Below are positions 55,978 through 64,000 of a DNA stretch of 64,000 bases, in pieces. The DNA is taken from IMG/VR virus record IMGVR_UViG_3300005831_000023; one strand, written 5' to 3'. The position numbers and the translations under genes were made by a program. Numbering within the stretch: position 1 is the first letter of the stretch; every line of letters starts with the position of its first letter. The notes under the pieces were generated by a model. It ran no database searches. It had not been told where the DNA came from and saw only the letters and a program-made list of their open reading frames with translations. This DNA is from a virus.

Positions 55978-55995
55978 TACACACTCACCCCTTTA

Positions 55996-56427
55996 TTAGT
56001 TTAATACAATACATTTATAAACAGTCTTGTTCCACATTGTAGGTTTCTCGATTACTTGGAATGTCTGTAATGGAGAGCCACTAGTTGCAGTTATTTTACC
56101 AGTTGTACTTATATCTACAATATCTCCAACAGCTGGAGTTCCAGTTACTTTATCAGTTACAAAAATCTCACCAGCTAATAGTCTTTTAACTCTAATATAG
56201 TTTCCAGCAGTAACAGAGAAATCTAAATCATTAATCATCTCTTCATCCACTGTATCAATAACATTTTCAACGAAATATGGAATAACAGTGTTAGCACTTG
56301 GAGTTGAAGCCATACCAGTAGACCAAGTAATAGCAACAAACATACCATTTTCGATAGCTGTTTCTCCTGTGTTCAATTTAACTGTTCCAATATACTCGTT
56401 ATTGCCTTTAGCAATAAAACCTGCCAT
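55996..56427 (-). CDS. Head decoration / DUF2190-like small capsid-associated protein
   Basis: 143-aa beta-rich protein between the scaffold and major capsid genes. SD GAGGAGG. Confidence 0.5.
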   Translation of the reverse strand: MAGFIAKGNNEYIGTVKLNTGETAIENGMFVAITWSTGMASTPSANTVIPYFVENVIDTVDEEMINDLDFSVTAGNYIRVKRLLAGEIFVTDKVTGTPAVGDIVDISTTGKITATSGSPLQTFQVIEKPTMWNKTVYKCIVLN

Positions 56428-56447
56428 AATTCACGACCTCCTCATAA

Positions 56448-57944
56448 CTATTGAATAGTTATATATTTATTAATAATATTTGTTGAATTTATAGATATAT
56501 CATCATTTATTTTTGATGATACATATTTGACTTGCTTAACTTCTGGTTTCTTGTTGCTAGCCTTTTCTAAAGCAATTCTAACAACTTCATTTTGAAGAAT
56601 AGACTCATTCAAGCTTTCAATAGCTTCTGCTACTTCTACCTTGTTTAATATCTCATCTCCAAGTATTTCACTATACTTATTTCTTAAAGAGATTTTCTTC
56701 TCAGATAACTCTTTTTCGAGTTTTACTTTATTAATTTCATCGAGTTGTAGTTTACACTCAGTTAACTCAGCAATCTCTTTATCCTTTGCAATCAAGCTTT
56801 CACTAAGTATTGCAAGTTTTTCTTTTAACTCAGATAACTCAGTATTAGAAGTTTCAAGTATTTCAGCATTCTCTTCACATTTTGCTTTTTCTTTCGAATC
56901 TTCAATTTGAGAAGTTTCATCTTCCATACCTTTCTTTTTACCGCAAGCAGAATCTTCAATTTCAGACTCTTCTTGAGCATCTTCCATTTCTGGTTCATCT
57001 TTTATTGGTTCTCCATCTTTTACTGGCTCAGCAGAGTTTTCAATTTCATTAATGTCTAAAGTTTCTGAATCTTCCATATCTGAATCTTGAACTCTTGTAT
57101 AAGATTTATTAACCTTATAACAATCAGAAACAGTAACACTATCACCAACAACTAAAAAGTCAACTTTACAAAGTTCGCCTTCATAATCAACTAATACCAT
57201 GTAATTAGTGCCTATCTCTAAACAATACATATCACAGCAATCTGGATAAGCTTCACAGCATTTTTCATAAACTAAAGATTGAACTCTTTGAATGTCTAAC
57301 TCGCTTATATCAATTACTTTAGTGTTCTCAAAAAACTTTTTAATATTCAATTTCTCACCACCCATGTCTATATTTAAAGCTTCGGCAATAAGCATATGTG
57401 CTTTGCTTCTTTCCTCGGCTGGTTTGGACACGATACAATCTCCAAATAATTCATTTCCTGCAATAACATCTATAGTTCTTGTGCCATCGTCATTATAGGT
57501 ATATTCAGCAACTAAACATTCAATACTAAAAAATAAAGAATCTTGTTCATATAAAGTTTGTATTGCATCACATACTAATGGAAATCTTTTAGATACTCTT
57601 GCAGTACCAAATAAAGATGTTACTCCGTTATCATCAGTTGACTTATAAAAGTCTACATATGAACCAATTTGATCTGTATGAAACTCTCCATTCTTATCTA
57701 AAGTATGACCTAAAAATCTAGATAATCTTTCAAGTTTTACTCTCTCAGCAACTAATGGTAAACCTATATAAAAATCTTTATTTTGGACAACATAATCAAT
57801 GAATTCATTTGAAAATATAGCTTTGTTTTGATTAACTTGATTAGTTAACAATAAGACTTGTAGTGTCATATAAATATCATTATTACCACTAGATATCTCA
57901 ATGACTCTAGCATTTAATTTTTCATGCAATTTATACACCTCCAC
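56448..57944 (-). CDS. Scaffolding protein (possibly a protease-scaffold fusion)
   Basis: 498 aa. The C-terminal half is acidic and coiled-coil (..EDSETLDINEIENSAEP..ELSELKEKLAILSESLIAKDKEIAELTECKLQLDEINK..). Position is after the portal gene. Confidence 0.6.
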   Translation of the reverse strand: MEVYKLHEKLNARVIEISSGNNDIYMTLQVLLLTNQVNQNKAIFSNEFIDYVVQNKDFYIGLPLVAERVKLERLSRFLGHTLDKNGEFHTDQIGSYVDFYKSTDDNGVTSLFGTARVSKRFPLVCDAIQTLYEQDSLFFSIECLVAEYTYNDDGTRTIDVIAGNELFGDCIVSKPAEERSKAHMLIAEALNIDMGGEKLNIKKFFENTKVIDISELDIQRVQSLVYEKCCEAYPDCCDMYCLEIGTNYMVLVDYEGELCKVDFLVVGDSVTVSDCYKVNKSYTRVQDSDMEDSETLDINEIENSAEPVKDGEPIKDEPEMEDAQEESEIEDSACGKKKGMEDETSQIEDSKEKAKCEENAEILETSNTELSELKEKLAILSESLIAKDKEIAELTECKLQLDEINKVKLEKELSEKKISLRNKYSEILGDEILNKVEVAEAIESLNESILQNEVVRIALEKASNKKPEVKQVKYVSSKINDDISINSTNIINKYITIQ

Positions 57945-59437
57945 TATGTATTAGAAGGTTTAGGCTGTGCCGATGTTTTACTATTATTCTTATCTTGTTT
58001 TAATTCATTTAATGGCTTCTCGGGTTTAGTATCTGTAGATGTAATATTACTAGAATGGAATGGACTAGTTGGAGGATAGAATATTAATTCATCACCAGAT
58101 GTAAATTCATTAGATTTACGTTCCTTTTCCTGTTCATAATCCATGCTATAGTAATCATTTAACAAGGTCTTTCTAGACACGCATCCTTGTTGCCATAATT
58201 GGAAAGCTTCTTCCCTCATCTTGCCTGTATTCATTAAATCAAGACGGTTAAACACAAACACAGGAATCTTAGTTTCTGAAATACGCCACAGCATAGCAAG
58301 TTTACGATTATACTTCTTCATCATTTCAGCAAAGTTATTTTGATTTTGGGTAATTCTCTGTGAAGCAATCTCTACAGACACATTAGCCTGAGCGAAAGAA
58401 CCACCATCAGACTCTCCAGTAACAACCAAAGGTGATATACCACCACTAGACATTATTTGTGCATTAACCTCTTTATACTTGCTATTATCAAACATTCCTT
58501 TAGTATCAATAGAAATAAATTTAGCATCTACAAAATGACTAGTAACAGCCAATGGAAATTTATTTAAAGCATCTTGAAATAATCTAGCTGTAACATCTAA
58601 TTGTCTTCCAGTTGGTTTAGGTAATAAAGCATCGTTTCCAAGTTTTACATGCAAGAATCCTTTAGCACCAATATTAAGTTGAACATCTTCGTAATAACTA
58701 ATTAATTCTTTTTTAGCAAGTGGTTTTAAACAAGTTGATATAAAGGGTATTGAGTATCTTTGCCACATAGGCTTAGACTCTTGTAATACAAATGTGTTTT
58801 CTGGATTTAATTGTATCCAACTTGAAGCAGAACCGCCTTTTAAAGATTGTGCTATTTCTGGTGGATAGCCTTGATATTTAATAGCCAATGCATCTAAAAA
58901 TCCCTCTTGACCACCATAGTTAAGCCTTCTATTTAACTCTACAACATTAAACTCAATAACAGGTTCGCCATTAATACAAACCTCAGATATTCTAACTCTA
59001 TGAGGTGGTAATGTAATTAAGCTACCATCTGGCATAAAGTAAATAAAACAATTACCAAATGTATATAATTCTATAAATATACTTCTAGCAATATCGCTAA
59101 ACCCTACCATGTCATAATAGTCATAATACCTCTGTTTAGCCTTCTCTCCTCCACCCTTTAGTTTATACCCACAACTCAAACTAAATGGCGTAAGCACCCT
59201 CTTAACGACTCCAGAAATGATATCATCAGCATCAACATAATAAGAAGCCAATTCATATAGTTTATATATATTTTTCTGCTTATCTTTTAATATTTGAGTA
59301 TAATCATAGTTCTTGAGTTCGCCTTTAAAGGTATACTCTTTATTTTCATAAGAAAACACTTGAGTAGATTGATTCTTTAAATCAGCTCCAACAAGTATTT
59401 CTTCTGCAATATCCAAAATATCTTCCAAAAACTTCAC
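57944..59437 (-). CDS. Portal protein
   Basis: 497 aa, directly downstream of the large terminase gene. The size and position are typical of a portal. Confidence 0.7.
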   Translation of the reverse strand: MKFLEDILDIAEEILVGADLKNQSTQVFSYENKEYTFKGELKNYDYTQILKDKQKNIYKLYELASYYVDADDIISGVVKRVLTPFSLSCGYKLKGGGEKAKQRYYDYYDMVGFSDIARSIFIELYTFGNCFIYFMPDGSLITLPPHRVRISEVCINGEPVIEFNVVELNRRLNYGGQEGFLDALAIKYQGYPPEIAQSLKGGSASSWIQLNPENTFVLQESKPMWQRYSIPFISTCLKPLAKKELISYYEDVQLNIGAKGFLHVKLGNDALLPKPTGRQLDVTARLFQDALNKFPLAVTSHFVDAKFISIDTKGMFDNSKYKEVNAQIMSSGGISPLVVTGESDGGSFAQANVSVEIASQRITQNQNNFAEMMKKYNRKLAMLWRISETKIPVFVFNRLDLMNTGKMREEAFQLWQQGCVSRKTLLNDYYSMDYEQEKERKSNEFTSGDELIFYPPTSPFHSSNITSTDTKPEKPLNELKQDKNNSKTSAQPKPSNT

Positions 59438-59443
59438 TCCTTT

Positions 59444-61108
59444 CTACTCATCAAATTTATAAGAACAACCAATAAGGAACTCGTCAAATCCGACTTCTCC
59501 CTTAAATTCCTGTTCTAATGTGTATATATATTCAAGACCCATAGCAAGGCTTGAATACCTATCCTTATGTAGTCTAGGGGATGATGTTTCATAAATAACA
59601 TTACCAGACGTAGTTATCTTAGGTATTATATTTCCAAGTTCATATTGCAAAGCATCAGTTTCAATAAATACAGATAACTTTTCTAAAACTAATTCTTTAT
59701 CCTTTTCAGACTGCTCAATATCATATCTGATTAACGTGCTTGTAACTGGTATTTGTAAGCTCATATTCTCAAAATACATTCTAGTTGCAGTAGCTATTCT
59801 ATTATTATATTGATTGTTGGCTTTAATACCTCTAATAATAGGAATGCAATTATCCATTGTAACTTTAGAATCATCTAATATTAAAGGTAGATGTTCCTTA
59901 TCATTATCATCAACAAAAGGTGATCCCAATAAAGAAACTATTCCTTCACCAATACCATTAATATCTATTATTATCTTTTCAGTGTTTGGAAAACGTATAG
60001 ACAGTTTTCTGATCTCTTTAGCGAGCTTATCAAGAGAATAGCCATTATATGATTTGATATAAACTAATTGCTTTAAAAAGGTCTTAGGAGCGTTGGGAAA
60101 GGATGATTGTTGTTCAGAAAATTTAAGAACGATCAATACTGCATTGTCAGAATTTTTACCAGCACTTGTTGCAATATCGCAACTTATTATATATCTAGAC
60201 TTAGAACCTTTAGGCATTAATAATTCAATCTTTTCAAGTACTCTACAAGGTTCAGTAATTTCATAACTAAAATAACTCATCTCAGAGTTGCCAATAAAAC
60301 GTGCGTTCCATTCCATTTCCCACGATGAAATAGGCATTTGACGCTTCTGTTGGAATACAAAATCATCATCGATAATGCCATATCTTACACCAGTTTTATA
60401 ATTAATAGCGCATGAAAAAAATGAAGTAGATTTATCATTCATAAACTTTAAAGACATCTTAAATCTATCATAAAACTCACAAGACTTAAGATAAGCAGAA
60501 CTTGTTTGAATTATTTTTGAGTTATAATCAATAAATCCAGACTCAGCATACTTCCAATAAATATCTCTCTTGTATTGTATAATTGGTCTAATAACAGAGT
60601 TTATAACATCAGATTTAACCCATGCAGATTCATCTATATATAGTATCTTAGCACGATTACCACGAAGATTTGATCCATCGCTAGACAATGCACCAGACTC
60701 AATTCTAGATCCATTTTTAAATATACAAACAGCTGATTCTCGTGATACCTTTATAGAGGCTATTTCTTTGGCAACGTTGGGGTTAGTTTGAGAAATAGTA
60801 TCTATATACTTTATAACGAACATAGCTTGTCTAAGGGTCTTAGAAACGACTATAATAGGTGATGAAGGATATAGTATTGCAATACCCATTAATGCATAAG
60901 CCATTTTCCATGTTTTGCCCAATGATCTAGACTCTACATCGATTATATCATCATGGTTACCTACAGCTCTTATTATAGCCTTTTGAAATGGCATGAACTT
61001 AATTGGCTTATTTGGATGAGATAATACTTGTTCAATGAATACATCTAAATGAGTTCTCCAATACCATATCTGCTTACTCCAAGCCTCGATGTTATTAGTT
61101 TCCATCAA
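59444..61108 (-). CDS. terL: Terminase large subunit
   Basis: Walker A-like SRSLGKTW and Walker B ILYIDESAW. C-terminal nuclease-like region with conserved acidic residues. 554 aa. Confidence 0.85.
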   Translation of the reverse strand: MMETNNIEAWSKQIWYWRTHLDVFIEQVLSHPNKPIKFMPFQKAIIRAVGNHDDIIDVESRSLGKTWKMAYALMGIAILYPSSPIIVVSKTLRQAMFVIKYIDTISQTNPNVAKEIASIKVSRESAVCIFKNGSRIESGALSSDGSNLRGNRAKILYIDESAWVKSDVINSVIRPIIQYKRDIYWKYAESGFIDYNSKIIQTSSAYLKSCEFYDRFKMSLKFMNDKSTSFFSCAINYKTGVRYGIIDDDFVFQQKRQMPISSWEMEWNARFIGNSEMSYFSYEITEPCRVLEKIELLMPKGSKSRYIISCDIATSAGKNSDNAVLIVLKFSEQQSSFPNAPKTFLKQLVYIKSYNGYSLDKLAKEIRKLSIRFPNTEKIIIDINGIGEGIVSLLGSPFVDDNDKEHLPLILDDSKVTMDNCIPIIRGIKANNQYNNRIATATRMYFENMSLQIPVTSTLIRYDIEQSEKDKELVLEKLSVFIETDALQYELGNIIPKITTSGNVIYETSSPRLHKDRYSSLAMGLEYIYTLEQEFKGEVGFDEFLIGCSYKFDE

Positions 61109-61998
61109 ATATCACCATCCCCAAGAGACATAAGTGTCCATTTAAAATCATCTATTACCTTATCAATATCATCCTTTTCAAACTTATAAGGATTATTATT
61201 CAAGAACCCATCATTCTCGATTCTTCTTATTAAGTCTCCTAAATTATCAGTGCTATTTTGCTCAGTTTCATTTCTTGTTTTCTCAGCAAATTTAGCAGAC
61301 TGTGATAACTGGTCAAATATATCCTTTAAATCCTTAAACTTCTTTTCAGCACCTATCTTACCATCGCACATATCACTGAATGCTTTATCCATTGCAAGAC
61401 TAGCTTTACATACCTTTTTAGCATAATCAATATGTGAAACCCTATCTATCTTATAGTCATTAAGCAGACCGTTGAAATACTCTTTTAAATAAGCCAACTC
61501 ACTATCTGTATAAAATCCAGACCACTCTTTATTAAATGTTTTCTTAACAAGAGAATGAGTATATTCAAATGCATCAACTTCATCACTATCTTCTTTAAGC
61601 TCTATATCATTACCATTAGGATCTTTGAACACAACCTTTTTAGTATCATAATATTGTCTCATGTTCATTCTTGAAAAATATATCTTAATAGATTTCTTGT
61701 CAATAAAATCGGTTTGAGATACTTCGTCTTTAGATAAACTAGTATACTCTTTAGCCTCTTTATATTTATTCAAGCAATATTCTGTTGCTATAGACCACAA
61801 ATAAGGATGAAACAGTCTTTGGTTAAAATCACAATATTGAATAAGTGACTCTCTATCAGTTACATGTATAGCGATGCAATCTTTACACCAACTATCTCTC
61901 ATCATCTCTTGTTCCCATTTCCTATTCATGAAGAACCTTGAGAACACTTTGACTTGACCACATTTATTACATTTCTTCTTAGACTCTTTAAGTGCCAT
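61105..61998 (-). CDS. Putative terminase small subunit / DNA-binding packaging protein with an N-terminal zinc ribbon
   Basis: CNKCGQ..CKDC motif. Overlaps the terL start by 4 nt. Confidence 0.4.
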   Translation of the reverse strand: MALKESKKKCNKCGQVKVFSRFFMNRKWEQEMMRDSWCKDCIAIHVTDRESLIQYCDFNQRLFHPYLWSIATEYCLNKYKEAKEYTSLSKDEVSQTDFIDKKSIKIYFSRMNMRQYYDTKKVVFKDPNGNDIELKEDSDEVDAFEYTHSLVKKTFNKEWSGFYTDSELAYLKEYFNGLLNDYKIDRVSHIDYAKKVCKASLAMDKAFSDMCDGKIGAEKKFKDLKDIFDQLSQSAKFAEKTRNETEQNSTDNLGDLIRRIENDGFLNNNPYKFEKDDIDKVIDDFKWTLMSLGDGDI

Positions 61999-62030
61999 TA
62001 AACCACCTCTTATTTTGAAATAAAAAAAGA

Positions 62031-62348
62031 CTATTTTAAATAGTCCTTGAATTCTTTTACAGCTTTATTTTTTAATGAATTAATTAGAATTTTATTTTCA
62101 GATATTGTTTTATTATAAGAGTTTGATAAGTCAATTTGACCATCATAATACCCAATATTATAAGCATTATCCATAGATTTATTGACGATATCTCTATCTT
62201 CTTTTTTATTTGAATTATCAGAACTATAAAGATTAATTAATGTATAATAAACTTCTTTTGTAACTATAGAATCATTAACGAAATAATTAATATCATAATC
62301 GCATCCGTTAACAGACACCTCTAATTTAAAACTTAACTTTACTTTCAT
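62031..62348 (-). CDS. Hypothetical protein (105 aa)
   Basis: ORF in the late gene block. Confidence 0.55.
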   Translation of the reverse strand: MKVKLSFKLEVSVNGCDYDINYFVNDSIVTKEVYYTLINLYSSDNSNKKEDRDIVNKSMDNAYNIGYYDGQIDLSNSYNKTISENKILINSLKNKAVKEFKDYLK

Positions 62349-62526
62349 ATAATCACCATTAAATATATATTAAACATACTCAAAACTTTTAAACTTGTAT
62401 GTTGTAGTTTTAAAGACTAGGCACATGTATATTAAATAAATCAAACACATTTAGGAGGAAAGCTAAAATGTAATCAATAAAATTAATTGCTATTATCTTG
62501 GGTTCTGCTGTATGTGCCTAAATATA

Positions 62527-62724
62527 CTATTCTGCGAACGTTTCAGAATTTGAGAATGAAAAATTAACTTCTTTATCTAAAAAAGAATCTAAGTCACTTA
62601 AGTTAAATGCCATTAATCCATTCTTAGAATCTTCAACTAATAACTCATTAGTATTTGGATTGAAACCTTTGAAAGTTCCTTTTAAACTTATATTATATTT
62701 ATTCGATCTTACAACACTAATCAT
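62527..62724 (-). CDS. Hypothetical protein (65 aa)
   Basis: ORF with SD GGGAG upstream, downstream of the regulator gene. Confidence 0.5.
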   Translation of the reverse strand: MISVVRSNKYNISLKGTFKGFNPNTNELLVEDSKNGLMAFNLSDLDSFLDKEVNFSFSNSETFAE

Positions 62725-62744
62725 AATAATACTCCCATCTAAAC

Positions 62745-63737
62745 TTATATTTTAATATAATCTTTAAACATATTATCAATTTCTTTTAATACAGGAAGGA
62801 TTGTACAAGATGAGTCTATGCTTTGTAAATAAGCGACTCCAACTTTACAAGATATTCTATATATAGCTTTAGACACTTTTTGTTGTTTACAATTTATAAA
62901 AGCTCTTATAGACTCTTGTCTCATAAACTTATATCTATATAAGTATAAAACAAGCTTTTCGAATTTATTTAAGGTGCATTTAGATAAATAATACTCCAGA
63001 TCTAGATTTAATATATAAATATCACTAAGATTATTAATATATTTAGTTGATAGCAATTCTTTAACATGCTTATACTTAGTAAAGTCAAACTTGTCAAAGT
63101 CTATATCAGTACTATCTCTCAGGGTATCTTTAAAATAAATAGTTCCATTAATACTATCCTTGCAATAAAGCATATCTGCTTTGATATCCTTCATAAGCTG
63201 GACATATCTTCTTTGTAGCTTTATATTCTCTTTATTTAATCTAAGATGACGAAGTCTAGTAAAGAATAATTGTTTTAAATCTTCATATTCTTTTATAACA
63301 CCAACTAAGTCTTTTTTAGTTATTTTCTGCATAATATCTTTTTTGAAATTCTTTTTATTATTTATTAGAATATTAACTTGAAATTCATTAGACACTTCAA
63401 AACTTTTTTGAAGCATTTCATCAAGACTTGAATTTTTTCCAAACTTACTTCTAAGTTGGTCAATTGTATAATAATTATATTCTTGCTTTCGTACTTTAGT
63501 TATATCTGGAGAATTAAGTATATAATTAGCCATATACTCTAGAGTACTGCATTTACCAACATTAGAGCTTAAATAATCATCTTTTTTAAGAATAAATTGA
63601 TTTGGATTGTCTAGTAAATCATATAATTTATTATCCTCAATTATATTGTTTACAAGTTTAATCCTGTCAGAAAGATTATAAGAAAAGTCAAGTTTACCTA
63701 TTAGACTAGTATTTCTATAATTTCTTGTTTTAGTCAT
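62745..63737 (-). CDS. Putative late-transcription regulator with a sigma-70 region-4-like C-terminal HTH
   Basis: C terminus LNKFEKLVLYLYRYKFMRQESIRAFINCKQQKVSKAIYRISCKV has the region 4.2 pattern. It is the first gene of the ~49-kb minus-strand block and is preceded by a consensus promoter. Confidence 0.35.
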   Translation of the reverse strand: MTKTRNYRNTSLIGKLDFSYNLSDRIKLVNNIIEDNKLYDLLDNPNQFILKKDDYLSSNVGKCSTLEYMANYILNSPDITKVRKQEYNYYTIDQLRSKFGKNSSLDEMLQKSFEVSNEFQVNILINNKKNFKKDIMQKITKKDLVGVIKEYEDLKQLFFTRLRHLRLNKENIKLQRRYVQLMKDIKADMLYCKDSINGTIYFKDTLRDSTDIDFDKFDFTKYKHVKELLSTKYINNLSDIYILNLDLEYYLSKCTLNKFEKLVLYLYRYKFMRQESIRAFINCKQQKVSKAIYRISCKVGVAYLQSIDSSCTILPVLKEIDNMFKDYIKI

Positions 63738-63772
63738 ATTTAGAAATACCTCTATTTACTTTGAATAAGTAT

Positions 63773-63801
63773 ATTATAATATTAAAAATATAACTTGTCA
63801 A
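63773..63801 (-). promoter_or_regulatory. Consensus sigma-A promoter driving the regulator / late block
   Basis: On the minus strand: TTGACA (63796-63801), exactly 17 nt, TATAAT (63773-63778). About 35 nt upstream of the ATG at 63737. Confidence 0.7.
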
Positions 63802-63844
63802 CAATATAATTTGAAACTAACTATGTATATTGATTAAATTTTTA

Positions 63845-63873
63845 TTGACAATTGGTTGTATGCAATATATAAT
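63845..63873 (+). promoter_or_regulatory. Consensus sigma-A promoter pointing rightward out of the window
   Basis: TTGACA (63845-63850), exactly 17 nt, TATAAT (63868-63873). Divergent from the promoter at 63773-63801. Confidence 0.65.
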
Positions 63874-64000
63874 ATTATTAAGATTTCAATTTGCTTTAAA
63901 TATGGTTTTTGTTATTGGTTTTTCATTTGTTTTCTAATCTTTCTTTGCAAAGGCTTCTGTAGCCTTTGTTTCTTTTTGTACAAATTTACAATATGCTAAT

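Noticed and set aside
16775-60791. Remaining short ORFs nested in late genes (16775, 17316, 19371, 20629, 21834, 27119, 34204, 35707, 36586, 38848, 40226, 42125, 48843, 49071, 53640, 56641, 57292, 59814, 60570)
   Set aside because: All are embedded in or antisense to long, operon-packed structural or enzyme genes. Their compositions are typical of out-of-frame AT-rich DNA.
62453-62473. Plus-strand AGGAGG, 9 nt, then ATG-TAA start-stop mini-ORF
   Set aside because: It lies on the strand opposite all neighbouring genes and has no promoter evidence. Most likely fortuitous.

Overview
The window is AT-rich DNA from a tailed phage with a long non-contractile (siphovirus-type) tail. It also carries plasmid maintenance genes, so it is probably a phage-plasmid of a low-GC Firmicute, likely a Clostridia-type host (inference). 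No integrase was recognised. Layout: (i) 1-7983, plus strand, is the early nucleotide-metabolism and replication module: class II RNR (5' truncated by the window edge), dUTPase, ThyX, a guanylate-kinase-like kinase, DNA Pol III alpha and a RecU-like resolvase. (ii) 8100-14500 is an accessory and maintenance region. It holds a CRISPR array of five identical 30-nt repeats with decayed repeat-like units beside it. A structured 226-nt spacer region separates the array from a 423-aa Cas12f/TnpB-like RuvC nuclease gene. That gene is the third cistron of a parA / RHH-parG-like operon. A RepA_N replication initiator with iteron-like repeats and a family of ~110-nt direct repeats follow. (iii) 14499-63737, minus strand, is one very long late gene block: sigma-like regulator, terminase, portal, scaffold, capsid, neck proteins and major tail protein. 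Next comes a ~7.4-kb glycosyltransferase / sugar-modification island inserted inside the tail module. It is followed by tail chaperones, a 2441-aa tape measure, Dit, Tal, several giant fibres, and finally holin-like, amidase endolysin and membrane protein genes. The most notable observation concerns the spacers. Spacer 2 matches the element's own genome perfectly (34/34) at 14777-14810, at the 5' end of the last late gene next to the endolysin. Spacer 4 matches a tail protein gene at 33/35 (29639-29673), and the two differences look like allelic coding changes. No cas1, cas2 or cas4 is present in the window. All calls come from reading the sequence and the supplied ORF translations. No database search was run.
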